Shown: piece by piece, positions 18,580 through 28,421 of the stretch
Position numbering within the stretch: the first letter of the stretch is position 1
Layout: the number at the start of each line of letters is the position of its first letter
Source: Chloroflexota bacterium
GTDB taxonomy: Bacteria; Chloroflexota; UBA11872
Assembly: GCA_011523785.1 (NCBI GenBank)
Contig: WTFW01000083.1
Coordinates: 9-64,008 of the forward strand
Direction: 5' to 3'
Length of the DNA stretch: 64,000 nt
The notes under the pieces: model-generated
What the model saw: only the letters and a program-made list of their open reading frames with translations
The model's database searches: none
Told to the model about the DNA's origin: nothing
Made by a program: the position numbers and the translations under genes

Positions 18580-19143
18580 GTGCTATTGGACGCTGAGCCA
18601 AGCGAAGAGCAACTGAATGAGGTCATCCGCCGCGCCGCGACGCTGGACCGCGAGGCCTACGGGGAACTCTATCGACTCTATGTCGACCGGATTCACCGCT
18701 ACATCGCGTACCAGGTGAGCGACCGGGTGCTGGCCGAAGACCTGGCCAACCAGGTCTTCCTCCGCGCCATGCAGGCGATCGGGCGCTACGAGCACCGGTC
18801 GATCCCTGAGTTCAACGGCTGGATTTACCGGATTGCCAAGAACGTGGTGGTGGACAACTGGCGGGCCACGCGCAGCACCGTGCCGCTGGATGAAGCGCTG
18901 GTCGCCGAGCGCGGCGAAACGCTGGACGCGCACTTCGAGTCACTGGCCCGCCGCGAGGAGCTTCGCGAAGCCATGCAGTCGCTGACCGAAGACCAGCGCC
19001 AGGTTCTCAGCTACCGGTTCGCCCTGGATATGAGCCATCGAGAGATCGCCCAGATCATGAACCGTAACGAACCGGCCATACGCGCGTTGCAATTCAGGGC
19101 GGTTGCCGCCCTCCGCAAAGTCATGGCCGAGGACGCCAGGTGA
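18580..19143 (+). CDS. ECF-type RNA polymerase sigma-70 family factor
   Basis: 187 aa. Region 2 (YRIAKNVVVDNWR) and a region 4 HTH (SHREIAQIMNRNEPAIRALQFRA). Confidence 0.9.
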   Translation: MLLDAEPSEEQLNEVIRRAATLDREAYGELYRLYVDRIHRYIAYQVSDRVLAEDLANQVFLRAMQAIGRYEHRSIPEFNGWIYRIAKNVVVDNWRATRSTVPLDEALVAERGETLDAHFESLARREELREAMQSLTEDQRQVLSYRFALDMSHREIAQIMNRNEPAIRALQFRAVAALRKVMAEDAR

Positions 19144-21524
19144 GCACGGACATCGAGACGGCATTCCATGCGTCGCTCGACCGCCTGCTGCGCGGCGAGG
19201 CGACCCTCGATGTGTGCGTGGCGGCATACCCCGAACACGAAGAGCGGCTGCGCGACATGCTGGTCGTGGCGCTCGATCTGCAGGCTCTCGCCCCGTTGCC
19301 GCTGGACCGGCAGGCTGTAGAGCGCGGGGCGCGCCTGATCGACGACGAGCTGCAGCGCCTGCGCGCGCGGCTGGACCGGCAGCCCGAGCCCGCCAGTGCC
19401 TGGGAGCGCCTGACCTGGTGGTTCCCGCGCTTCATGCCGGTTCGCATGGCGGGTCTGGCAGCAGCGTTTGCCATTGCGCTGATGGCCTACGGCGGTGTGA
19501 CCCTGGCTGCCGTGAACAGTGGGCCCGATAGCGCCCTCTACGGCTACAGGCTCACGCTGGAAGAACTGCGGATCGGGTTTGCTCCTGATGAGGAGAAGGC
19601 GTACCTCTACCTGGATACCGCCGAACAGCGCTTGCGCGAGATCGAGTCGGCGGCAGGCGTCGGGGACACCGTTGCCGTGGCCCGCGCCAGCACCGCTTAC
19701 CGGGAGGTCGTGCGCAAGGGCGTGGACGTACTCGGCGCCGTGGCCCGCGACACGCAGCCGGGCGCCGAGCGCACCGAGGACGTGGCCGCCGACTACCGCC
19801 GCCGATTGGCCGAGCACGACACGCGCTTCGATTCCCTCACGACCCAGACCGCCGAGGCGCAGCGCGCCCCCATAGCGCGGGCCCGTTCGCAGGTGCAGGC
19901 CGGCCTGCAGGACGTGCACAGCGGCCCCATCCTGGCGGTCGCGCCAACCGCCACGCCCGATCCGATCCCGGTGCCCGCCGCGGCCACGCCCGCGCCGGGT
20001 TCCAGCCCCAGCCCCACGCCCACCACCTCTCCCGCGCCGACCGCTTCGCCAACACCCACGGCGCCTGCCGCCGCCCCGACCGCGGCGCCAACGCCGCACG
20101 CCACGCCTGAACCAACCCCGACGGCGCCACCCGTCCCGGCAATCGACGTCACCGGCACCGCTGTGGTGGTCAGTGGCGAGTTGCTCGCCGTGACAGACGA
20201 GTCGATTGTCGTGGCCGGCATCGCTATTGCCCGCGGTGAAGCGGCGGGGGTGGACGCCGTCCCCCTCACGGCGCGCGTGCGGGCCGAGGCCCTGGTCGAC
20301 GCCGACGGCAGCTTGAAGCTGGTTGGACTGTCGGTGATCGAGCCGGCCGCCGCTGCCTCCGACACCGCAGCGGACAGCCAGCCCACCGCGGCGCCCGAGC
20401 CCTCGCCCAGCCCTGAACCCGCGCCGCCGCCGGAGGCGACGGCAACCGCAACTCCGGCCGGCGGAGAGCCGACCGCAACCCCCGAGGCATCGCCTACTCC
20501 CGAGCCCACGGCGAGCGAAAGCACGCCGGCCCCAGACGCCTCGCCAACGCCGACCGCGGCCGAAGGCGAGCCCACTGCGACCCCCGAGGCCACGCCTACC
20601 GCGGAGCCGACGGCAACCGAAGCGCCGGAGACGCCAGCTGACGCCTCACCGACGCCAACCGTCGCGGACGGGACGCCGACTCCGACGCCCGAGGCGACAC
20701 CGAGCCCGGAGGCGACGCCGGCGGACTCCACATCGCCGCCCGAGGATGAATCTCAGCCAACGCCGGAGACTTCGGCGACGCCTACCCCCGAGGCGACGCC
20801 CACTCCCGAGGCAACGCCCACCCCCGAGGCGACGCCGACCCCGGAGGCGACGCCCGGCGACGCCACGCCGACTCCAACGCCGGCCGAGAGAGCGCCGACC
20901 GCGACGCCTGAAGCGACGCCAAGCCCTGAGCCAACTCCCGTTGAGACCGCGCCGCCAGCGGACCCCACGCCGCCGCCGGAAGTCTCACCGACCCCAACCC
21001 CGGCAATCACCGAGACACCGACGCCTACGGCTGACCCCGAGCCGCCGAGTGTCCCGGCGCCTCCTACCCTGCAAGGAATCCTGGTGTCCATCGACTCCTT
21101 CAGCGTGCGCGCCGGCGGTATCGTGTTCAGCCGGCCGTTGGACACCCCGCTGGTGCTGCGCGGGCCGATGGCGCCGGGCGAGGTCGTGGTGGTGACGTTC
21201 GAGGCGCTCCGCGCGGCCTCGTCCTACGTGCTGGTGGCGCGCGAGGTCGCGCCCGTCCATCCGCCCGACGGCCCGGTGGCGACGCGCTGGCAGGGCTTTG
21301 TGGACGAACGGGCGGAGGACGCGCTTAGGCTCAACGGCGTTCGTGTCCTGGTACCGCCCGAGGCTCGCGAGGACGACGTGTGGGCCAGTCTGGAAGCAGG
21401 CGCCCTGGTTGAGATCGAACTCAGCGGTGCCGCGGCCGGCGAGCCGGTAGCCGCCGCTCTGCGTGTGTTGGGGTCGAGCGCCGCGCAGTCGTTCAGCAAC
21501 CTGGCGCGGCCGCCGGCGGGCTGA
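19140..21524 (+). CDS. Sigma-coupled membrane protein (DUF5667-like, anti-sigma candidate) with a ~370-aa Pro/Thr/Ala/Glu-rich repeat region
   Basis: GTGA overlap with the sigma gene. One TM segment (MAGLAAAFAIALMAYGGVTLAAV), a helical DUF5667-like segment, then a long PT-rich low-complexity region and a C-terminal globular domain. Confidence 0.75.
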   Translation: MSTDIETAFHASLDRLLRGEATLDVCVAAYPEHEERLRDMLVVALDLQALAPLPLDRQAVERGARLIDDELQRLRARLDRQPEPASAWERLTWWFPRFMPVRMAGLAAAFAIALMAYGGVTLAAVNSGPDSALYGYRLTLEELRIGFAPDEEKAYLYLDTAEQRLREIESAAGVGDTVAVARASTAYREVVRKGVDVLGAVARDTQPGAERTEDVAADYRRRLAEHDTRFDSLTTQTAEAQRAPIARARSQVQAGLQDVHSGPILAVAPTATPDPIPVPAAATPAPGSSPSPTPTTSPAPTASPTPTAPAAAPTAAPTPHATPEPTPTAPPVPAIDVTGTAVVVSGELLAVTDESIVVAGIAIARGEAAGVDAVPLTARVRAEALVDADGSLKLVGLSVIEPAAAASDTAADSQPTAAPEPSPSPEPAPPPEATATATPAGGEPTATPEASPTPEPTASESTPAPDASPTPTAAEGEPTATPEATPTAEPTATEAPETPADASPTPTVADGTPTPTPEATPSPEATPADSTSPPEDESQPTPETSATPTPEATPTPEATPTPEATPTPEATPGDATPTPTPAERAPTATPEATPSPEPTPVETAPPADPTPPPEVSPTPTPAITETPTPTADPEPPSVPAPPTLQGILVSIDSFSVRAGGIVFSRPLDTPLVLRGPMAPGEVVVVTFEALRAASSYVLVAREVAPVHPPDGPVATRWQGFVDERAEDALRLNGVRVLVPPEAREDDVWASLEAGALVEIELSGAAAGEPVAAALRVLGSSAAQSFSNLARPPAG
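19950..21060 (+). repeat. In-frame low-complexity coding repeats (PT-rich), including four tandem 18-bp units encoding PTPEAT
   Basis: Read directly around 20776..20850. Boundaries are approximate. Confidence 0.8.
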
Positions 21525-21530
21525 CGCCGG

Positions 21531-22646
21531 TTAGGCCAGCACGATCAGGTGCGGCGGCGCCCACATGCGCCAGCCGGCGCGCGTTGAATCGAGTCCAAAC
21601 AACTGGCGCGGAGTCAGCACCGGCGAGTCCGAGAAGCGCGGGGCGTACTTGTTGTGCTGGAAGATCTTGATGCCCCGCCACTGCAGGTGCGGATAGGCAT
21701 CGGGATTGGTGATGGCGTTGTACTTGTGAATCTTGGCGTCGGGACTGCCGAAGCCGTCGGCATCCAGCACCAGGTCGACTTCCGGGAAGACTTGCAGGTT
21801 CCGCTTGCCATAGACCATCGACCACGAGTCCGACAGTTCATCCACGAACTGGTGGATGATCATCATCTTCTTGTGCGACAGGTTTTCGCTGCGCACGTAG
21901 TCGGCCAGGATGCGCTGCGCCTCGTTGATGGCATTGGCCGACAGCCATCCGATGGGATGCCCGGGCATGTTCTGGCCCGGCTTTGTGGCGAACTCCGGAT
22001 CGAGCGCAATGTGCACGTTGGGGTAGGCCATGTAGCCCATGTCGATCATGCGGCGCACGAAGAATGACGGCGAGAGCCGCCCCATCTGTGCGTCCAGTAC
22101 GACGGACATCCCGCGCTCCGCCGCCGGCAGAATGTACTCATGTATCAGGTCAACGCCAGATCCATCCAGGAAGATCAGGCACGAGTCGTCCTCGCCCTGG
22201 CAGGGGCGCGCGAGGGCGTAGATCAGATGCGGCGCGACGGTAACGGGAGCCTGGGCCAGTTCCTCGGTGGCCTGAACCCAGGGCGCGATGCTGCGCTCGA
22301 GTTCATCGAATGAATTCAGGTCACCGAGCAGCCCCAGGATGGGAGCTACGCCGAAGCTGCGGCCGTAGACCGTGATCACCGGGGACGATTGGACGATTGA
22401 CCGCGGAGGTTGCCCGTCCGTGTACGGCGTGACGGGAAGGTCCAACTCGTCCAGGGTCGGCGCCGTTGGGACGGGGAAGGGCGGCTGCGCGTCGGCGATG
22501 TTTGGCTGCCCGGGCGGGACCTGGGTCGGCGGTGGAGCCGGTCCGGCGGCGCGCACAGCGGTGGCCAGCCCCCCTAGTGCTGTGCCTGCCGTGCCTCCCG
22601 CCAGCAGCCTCAGGCTGTGCCCGAGGAAACTTCGACGTCCACGCAT
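21531..22646 (-). CDS. Tat-signal secreted protein of unknown function
   Basis: 371 aa. N-terminus MRGRRSFLGHSLRLLAGGTAGTALGGLATAVRAAG is a twin-arginine-like signal. I did not recognise a family. Confidence 0.7.
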   Translation of the reverse strand: MRGRRSFLGHSLRLLAGGTAGTALGGLATAVRAAGPAPPPTQVPPGQPNIADAQPPFPVPTAPTLDELDLPVTPYTDGQPPRSIVQSSPVITVYGRSFGVAPILGLLGDLNSFDELERSIAPWVQATEELAQAPVTVAPHLIYALARPCQGEDDSCLIFLDGSGVDLIHEYILPAAERGMSVVLDAQMGRLSPSFFVRRMIDMGYMAYPNVHIALDPEFATKPGQNMPGHPIGWLSANAINEAQRILADYVRSENLSHKKMMIIHQFVDELSDSWSMVYGKRNLQVFPEVDLVLDADGFGSPDAKIHKYNAITNPDAYPHLQWRGIKIFQHNKYAPRFSDSPVLTPRQLFGLDSTRAGWRMWAPPHLIVLA

Positions 22647-22660
22647 GGCTCAGGATTAAC

Positions 22661-22688
22661 ATAATACAGCAGGCTTTACTCAAGTCAA
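22661..22688 (-). promoter_or_regulatory. Near-consensus sigma-70-type promoter (TTGACT-16 nt-TATTAT) giving a very short or leaderless 5' UTR
   Basis: On the minus strand: TTGACTtgagtaaagcctgctgTATTATgttaatcctgagccATG. Only 14 nt separate the -10 box from the ATG, and there is no SD. The region is AT-rich in a GC-rich genome. Confidence 0.45.
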
Positions 22689-22766
22689 TAGGATTAATTC
22701 TTGTAATTGCGGGACGACGCGAAGCTCAGACCGCGCCTCCGTGGCCAGTGTGTTGGCTTGCCGCCG

Positions 22767-23861
22767 TCAGTCGTAGCTGGTGCTGGTCTCGCGTCGATCG
22801 GCGTGGCGTTCCAGGGCCAGCTCGATCAGCCGGTCCAGCAGCTCGCGTGAACTGACGCCGCTGGCCCGCCACAGCTTCGGGAACTGGCTGATCTCGGTGA
22901 ACCCGGGGATCGTGTTGATCTCGAGCAGCACAACGTCATACGTCTCGCCGTTGACCAGGAAGTCCACCCGCGCGAAGCCCGCGCAGTCGATCGCTCGGAA
23001 CGCCTCAACCGCCATCCGCCGGATGCGCGCGGCCAGTTCGTTCGGAATGTCAGCCGGAATGCACTCCTGTGAAGTGTCGTCCAGGTACTTGGCGTCGTAG
23101 TCGTAGAATTCGTTGCCGGGGATGATCTCGCCGCAGACGGAGGCTTCAGGCTCGTCGTTGCCCAGCACGCTGACCTCAATCTCGCGGGCGTTGGGAATGC
23201 CGGCCTCCACGATCAGCCGCCGGTCGTACCTGGCCGCCAGGTCCATGGCCGGGACCAGCTCGTCCGCGTTATGCGCCTTGCTGATACCGACGCTGCTGCC
23301 CAGGTTGCAGGGCTTGGTGAAGACCGGATAGCCCAGCTCCGACTCGATCTCGGCTTGAATCGCTGCCGGGTCGGTCCGCCAGGCGCGACGCGTGAAGACG
23401 CGCGACGGTGCCACCGGAATCCCGTGCGCGTGCAGCACGCGCTTCTGGATCGCTTTGTCCATACCGACCGCGGACCCGGTGACGCCGCTGCCCACGTAGG
23501 CTACGTCGGCCAGGTCCAGCAGTCCCTGGATCGTCCCGTCCTCGCCGTAGGTGCCGTGCAGCACCGGAAACACCACGTCCAGCGGCGCGTCCAGGGTTCC
23601 GGCGGGACGTTCCGGCATGCGCGTGGGCAGGCTCACCGGCGCCTGCGCGGGCCGGGTCTCGGGCTCCACCGCCCCTTCCAGCAGCGGCATGGGGTCGTCG
23701 TCCAGCAGCCATTCGCCGGTCTTGGTTATGCCGATCGGCCGGACCTCGTACTTCTCGGGATCCAGCGACTCCAGCACGAACTTTGCCGAACGCAGGGACA
23801 CCTCGTGCTCGCCCGAGCGGCCGCCAAAGAGGACGCCGACACGCAGTTTTCGTTTGGCCAT
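22767..23861 (-). CDS. ddl: D-alanine--D-alanine ligase
   Basis: 364 aa. LRVGVLFGGRSGEHEVSLRSA N-terminus and the ATP-grasp C-terminal region EINTIPGFT. Confidence 0.95.
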   Translation of the reverse strand: MAKRKLRVGVLFGGRSGEHEVSLRSAKFVLESLDPEKYEVRPIGITKTGEWLLDDDPMPLLEGAVEPETRPAQAPVSLPTRMPERPAGTLDAPLDVVFPVLHGTYGEDGTIQGLLDLADVAYVGSGVTGSAVGMDKAIQKRVLHAHGIPVAPSRVFTRRAWRTDPAAIQAEIESELGYPVFTKPCNLGSSVGISKAHNADELVPAMDLAARYDRRLIVEAGIPNAREIEVSVLGNDEPEASVCGEIIPGNEFYDYDAKYLDDTSQECIPADIPNELAARIRRMAVEAFRAIDCAGFARVDFLVNGETYDVVLLEINTIPGFTEISQFPKLWRASGVSSRELLDRLIELALERHADRRETSTSYD

Positions 23862-24379
23862 CAGGTCTTCAGTCCCAGGCTGGTGCTCGTAAACAGCGCC
23901 TCGAACCGGAAGCCCGCCTCAGCCATGGCTGCCGCCGCGCCTTCCTCGCGATCGACCACCACCAGGACCAGCAGCACGTTGGCGCCGCTCTCACGCAGGG
24001 CAATTGCCGATTCGATGGCCTGGCCGCCGGTGGTGACCACGTCCTCGATCAACACCACGTTCTCGCCTGGGTGCAGGATTCCTTCGAACCGGCGCTCGGT
24101 GCCGTAGGACTTGGATTCGCCGCGCACCAGCACGCTGGGGTGGCCGGTGGTCAGCGAGACCGCCGTGGCCAGCGGCACCGCACCCAGTTCCGGCCCGGCC
24201 ACTCGCTGGGTGTCGGCGGGCAGGCGGGCCGCCAGGGCATGGCCGATATCGCGCAGCAGCGACGGCTCGGTGGTGAAGCGGTACTTGTCCAGGTAGTAGC
24301 GGCTGCGCCGGCCGGAACGCAGGAGGAAATCGCCTTCCAGGTACGCCGCCTCAACAATGCGGGAAGCCAGCGAGGCCAT
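23861..24379 (-). CDS. pyrE: Orotate phosphoribosyltransferase
   Basis: GDFLLRSGRRSRYYLDKY and VVLIEDVVTTGGQ PRPP-binding motif. ATG 24379 is preferred within ORF 23861..24481. Confidence 0.9.
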   Translation of the reverse strand: MASLASRIVEAAYLEGDFLLRSGRRSRYYLDKYRFTTEPSLLRDIGHALAARLPADTQRVAGPELGAVPLATAVSLTTGHPSVLVRGESKSYGTERRFEGILHPGENVVLIEDVVTTGGQAIESAIALRESGANVLLVLVVVDREEGAAAAMAEAGFRFEALFTSTSLGLKT

Positions 24380-24502
24380 GTCAATGCTGGCTGAGGTTGC
24401 GGCGCCCACGCACTCAGCGTAGCAGCCGGCGCGGTCGTGGCTTGCGGCGGCCGCCCAAACCCGTTCACCATGGCGCGGCAACGGCGGGCCGGTTGGTGGC
24501 GG

Positions 24503-25456
24503 ATGTCACAGGCGCTGATCTTCGGAATCACGGGCTATGCCGGCAGCGCGCTGGCCCGGTGCCTTGTCGGATGTGGCTGGAGCGTGCGTGGAATCGGCCG
24601 CAGCGAGTCGGCCGCGAGCGACCTGGAACACCTGGGCGTCGAGGTCGAGATCGCCGACGTTGGCGAACCGGAAGAGCTCACCGACCTCGGCCGACCCGGC
24701 GACCACGTGTTCTACCTGGTGGGCAGCATCAGCGGCCATCCCGACTGGACGGAACGCGTAGGGTTGGACGGCGTCATCAATGCCGAAGCCGCGCTGGCCG
24801 CTGCCGGCATTGCCTCGTTCGTGCTGGTTCAGACCATGGCGGCCTACGGGGAAGGCTCGGACGAGACGATCACCGAAGCGACGCCCCCGCAGCCGAATTC
24901 GCAGCTTGGGCGGATAAGCCTGTTCGCCGAGCAACACCTGCGCGAGGCCCTGAACAAACGGGGCTTCCCCGCGCGTTTCGTGCGCGCCGGCACCATCTAC
25001 GGGCCCGGCAGGCGCACGGTCGAGGCGCTGCGCAACAAGCGCCTGCGCATGCTGGGCGGAGGAGAGAATCTCTCCAGCCGCATCCACGTGGACGACCTGG
25101 CGACGGTGCTGGCGGCGGTCGCCGAACGCGGCCGCTCGGGCGAGGTCTACCTGGCCGTGGACGACCGGCCGGTGAGCATGGCGGCCTACTTCGACCACCT
25201 GGCCGAACGCGCCGACGTGCCCGCGCCCGGATCCACGCCAAAGTGGCTGGCCAGGGCCATGATCGCGGGGTTCGGGCTAACCTCAAAGCTCACGAAGGGC
25301 CACGCCCCCCTGGGCCACAACCTCTACGCGCTGGTGACCGGCAACTACGAGTGCTCCAATGCCAGGATTCGAAACGAGCTCGGCGTCGAGCTGGCCTACC
25401 CGACCTACGTGGAGGGCGTGGAAAGTCTGCTGGCGGACGAGGGCACGGATGACTAG
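24503..25456 (+). CDS. NAD(P)-binding SDR-family epimerase/oxidoreductase
   Basis: MSQALIFGITGYAGSALARCL Rossmann N-terminus. ATG 24503 lies within ORF 24437..25456. Confidence 0.8.
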   Translation: MSQALIFGITGYAGSALARCLVGCGWSVRGIGRSESAASDLEHLGVEVEIADVGEPEELTDLGRPGDHVFYLVGSISGHPDWTERVGLDGVINAEAALAAAGIASFVLVQTMAAYGEGSDETITEATPPQPNSQLGRISLFAEQHLREALNKRGFPARFVRAGTIYGPGRRTVEALRNKRLRMLGGGENLSSRIHVDDLATVLAAVAERGRSGEVYLAVDDRPVSMAAYFDHLAERADVPAPGSTPKWLARAMIAGFGLTSKLTKGHAPLGHNLYALVTGNYECSNARIRNELGVELAYPTYVEGVESLLADEGTDD

Positions 25457-25477
25457 CCGCCGCCGCCGGAACCGGCC

Positions 25478-27274
25478 GTGACCTTCGAGATCGGCTTCGT
25501 GCTGGCGGTCACGCTGGTGGCCCTGCTCCTATTGGCGCTTGGGCGCTTCTCGCCCGACCTCGTGGCCTTCGGTGTCCTGCTCGTCCTGTTCTTCGCCCGC
25601 GTCATCACCGTCGAGCAGGCCCTCAGCGGCTTCTCCAACCAGGCCGTGATTGCCGTCGGCGCCATTCTGGTCATCAGCGCCGGCCTCACCTCCACCGGCG
25701 TGGCCGCCCACCTCGGCGCCTGGATTCGCCGCGCGGCCGGCAACAGCGAAGTCCGGCTGCTCGTCCTGACGATGGTTTGCGTCGCGGTTCTTTCGGCCTT
25801 CATGAATTCCGTCGGCGCGTGCGCCGTCTTGCTGCCGGCCGTTGTCGCCGCCGCCCGCGAGATGAACACCCCCGTGTCGCGCGTGCTGATGCCCCTGGCC
25901 TTCGGATCCCTGCTCGGCGCCATGCTTACCCTTGTCGGCACCCCCTCCAACATCCTCGCCAGCGGCGTATTGGAACGGGCCGGCTACGAGCCGCTCGGCC
26001 TGTTCGAATTCACCCCATTCGGCGCTGTGGCCCTGCTGCTCGGCATTGGCCTCATCCTGACCTCCCGCCGCCGCCTGCTCCCCGTGCGCAGCGGCGGCGC
26101 CCAGACAGCGCCGCCCGGCGTTGAGCACCAGGCCTACCGGCTGGACGAGCGCCTCTTCGAGGCCGCCGTACCGGCCAATAGCCAACTGGTCGGCCAGAGC
26201 CTGCTGGCCGCCGGGATTGGCGAGGCCTTTGGCATTGCCGTCCTGGCCATCGAGCGGGACGGCCGCCTCACGGCCGCACCAAGGCCCTCCGAGGTGCTGC
26301 TGGCCGGCGACTACCTGCTGCTGGGCGCCCGCGAGGCTGACATCGACCGTCTCCGCCAGGTGCACGGCCTGCAGGTCCAGGACCGCGTGCGCCTCGGTGC
26401 CGACGCACTACGCGCGGGCTCACTCAGCATGACCGAACTCGTCCTCCGCCCGCGCTCGGGACTGGTCGGGCAGACCCTTGAGGACATCGACTTCCGCGAC
26501 CGGTTTGGATCCACGGTCCTCGGCATCTGGCGCGACGGCGCCCCGCGCCGCACCCGTCTGGCCAAACTGGCCCTGGAAGGCGGCGACGCCCTCCTGGTCC
26601 ACGGACCTCCCGTGGCCCTGCGGCAGCTGCGCGACTCGCCTGACTTCGTCGTCCTTACCGAGGATGCCGAGACCCCGCCGCGCGCCCGCCGCGCACCGTT
26701 GGCGGTCGCCATTCTCCTGCTCTTCGTTCTGGGCCTGGTGCTGAACGTAGCGCCGGTGGCGATCATGGGCGTTGCCGCCGCGGCCGTGATGGTGCTGACC
26801 GGCTGCGTGACCATGGACGACGCGCGCAGCGCCGTCGAGTGGCGCGCCATCCTGCTGATCGCCGCCATGCTGCCCCTGGCGGAGGCCATGCAGACCACCG
26901 GCGCCGCCGCCTTCCTGGCCGAGCGGTCCACCGAGAGCCTGGGCGCCTTCGGCATGCTGCCGGTGCTGGCCGGCGTGCTGCTGCTGACCTTTTTCTTCAC
27001 CCACGTGATGGGCAACCACGTGACGGCCGTGCTGATGGCGCCGCTGGCTATCGACGCGGCGGTGCGCATGGGCGCCGACCCGCGCATGTTCGCCCTGGGC
27101 GTCGCTTTGGCCGCCACCTCCGGATTCGCCACCCCCTACGCCCACCCCGGCAACCTGCTGGTCATGGGCCCCGCCAACTACCGCTTCGGCGACTTCGTCC
27201 GCATGGGGCTGCCGCTTGGGCTGCTGACGCTGGCGGGGAGTTTCATCCTGCTGTCGCTGATCTTTGGCGGCTGA
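25478..27274 (+). CDS. SLC13/DASS-family permease with two internal TrkA-C domains
   Basis: 598 aa. Two hydrophobic halves flank two TrkA_C-like repeats (LVGQSLLAAGIGEAFGIAVLAIERDG..., LVGQTLEDIDFRDRFGSTVLGIWRDG...). Confidence 0.85.
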   Translation: MTFEIGFVLAVTLVALLLLALGRFSPDLVAFGVLLVLFFARVITVEQALSGFSNQAVIAVGAILVISAGLTSTGVAAHLGAWIRRAAGNSEVRLLVLTMVCVAVLSAFMNSVGACAVLLPAVVAAAREMNTPVSRVLMPLAFGSLLGAMLTLVGTPSNILASGVLERAGYEPLGLFEFTPFGAVALLLGIGLILTSRRRLLPVRSGGAQTAPPGVEHQAYRLDERLFEAAVPANSQLVGQSLLAAGIGEAFGIAVLAIERDGRLTAAPRPSEVLLAGDYLLLGAREADIDRLRQVHGLQVQDRVRLGADALRAGSLSMTELVLRPRSGLVGQTLEDIDFRDRFGSTVLGIWRDGAPRRTRLAKLALEGGDALLVHGPPVALRQLRDSPDFVVLTEDAETPPRARRAPLAVAILLLFVLGLVLNVAPVAIMGVAAAAVMVLTGCVTMDDARSAVEWRAILLIAAMLPLAEAMQTTGAAAFLAERSTESLGAFGMLPVLAGVLLLTFFFTHVMGNHVTAVLMAPLAIDAAVRMGADPRMFALGVALAATSGFATPYAHPGNLLVMGPANYRFGDFVRMGLPLGLLTLAGSFILLSLIFGG

Positions 27275-27340
27275 CCCGCCCTCGTTCGGTAGCCTTCCCC
27301 TAACACCCGCGACTAACCGTTTCAGGAAAGGCCGGTTCCG

Positions 27341-28387
27341 GTGGTTCGAATTGCAATGCTCGGCAGCGGCTTCGTCTGCGATTTCTACATGCAGGCCCTG
27401 CGCTACGTGCCCGATCAGCGCGTGGTCGTCAACTTCTCAAAGACCCAGGCCAAGGCCGAGGACTTTGCCCAACGCTGGAATGTGCCCGAGTCCACCACCG
27501 ACATGCAGGCCGCGATCGAGCGCGACGACGTGGACCTGGTGGTGGTGGGGCTGCCCAATTTCGTGCACAAGGACGCCTGCATTGCCGCCGCCGAGGCCGG
27601 CAAGGCGGTGGTCTGCACCAAGCCGCTGGGCCGCAACGCCCCCGAGGCCGCCGAGATCCTGCAGGCCGTCCGCCAGCACGGCGTCTTCAACGGGTACCTG
27701 GAAACCGAGGCCTTCATGCCGGACGTGCTGCGCGCCAAGCAGGCCGTTGACGACGGCGCCATCGGTAAGGTCCTGATCGTCCGCGCCCGCGAGGCCCACA
27801 CCGGCTCCCACGCCAGCTACGCCTGGGATGCGTCCACCAGCGGCGGCGGACCCTTGCTGGGCATGGGCGTTCACGCCGTGGCCGCCTGCCGCCTCTTCAT
27901 CGGCAAGGACGTGATGCCGCAGGAGGTGATGTGCTGGGCCGACACCCTGGAGCACGACGTGCCCTTTGAGGACAACGCCGTGGCCCTGGTCCGCTTCGAG
28001 AACCGCTCCCTCGGCCAAATCGAAGCCGGCTGGAGCAACCACGGCGGCATGGACGTCCGCACCGAGATCTACGGCAAGGACGGCCTGATTCACATCGACG
28101 CCACCAAGGGCGTCCCCATCAAGGCCTTCAGCCTGCACTCGATGGGCTACGTCCAGGAAAAGGCCGACTCCGACACCGGCTGGACCTATCCGCAGTCCGA
28201 CGAAGCCTGGCAATACGGCTACCACGGCCAGATGTACCACTTCGTCCGCTGCCTGGAAGACGGCACGCCGGCGGCCGAAGACTTCGAAGACGGCTACATC
28301 TCCAACGCCGTCATCGACGCCGCCTACCGCAGCGCCAAATCCCGCCAATGGGAAGCGGTGGACTTGTCAGGACTGGCGGCGGGCTAG
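27341..28387 (+). CDS. Gfo/Idh/MocA-family oxidoreductase
   Basis: VRIAMLGSGFV Rossmann N-terminus and the VVCTKPLGRN (EKP-like) motif. Confidence 0.88.
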   Translation: MVRIAMLGSGFVCDFYMQALRYVPDQRVVVNFSKTQAKAEDFAQRWNVPESTTDMQAAIERDDVDLVVVGLPNFVHKDACIAAAEAGKAVVCTKPLGRNAPEAAEILQAVRQHGVFNGYLETEAFMPDVLRAKQAVDDGAIGKVLIVRAREAHTGSHASYAWDASTSGGGPLLGMGVHAVAACRLFIGKDVMPQEVMCWADTLEHDVPFEDNAVALVRFENRSLGQIEAGWSNHGGMDVRTEIYGKDGLIHIDATKGVPIKAFSLHSMGYVQEKADSDTGWTYPQSDEAWQYGYHGQMYHFVRCLEDGTPAAEDFEDGYISNAVIDAAYRSAKSRQWEAVDLSGLAAG

Positions 28388-28421
28388 ACCACGTGTAACG
28401 ACTGACTCGGGATCCTCCAGT

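Noticed and set aside
19011-20731. Long minus-strand ORFs (362 aa and 312 aa) opposite the sigma-coupled PT-rich gene
   Set aside because: These are low-complexity Arg/Gly or Gly/Ala/Ser/Val translations of the complement of PT-rich repeats, with no motifs. They are shadow ORFs.
19950-21060. Short tandem repeats considered as a possible CRISPR array
   Set aside because: The repeats are contiguous 18-bp units in frame within a long ORF encoding PTPEAT. There are no spacers and no cas genes.
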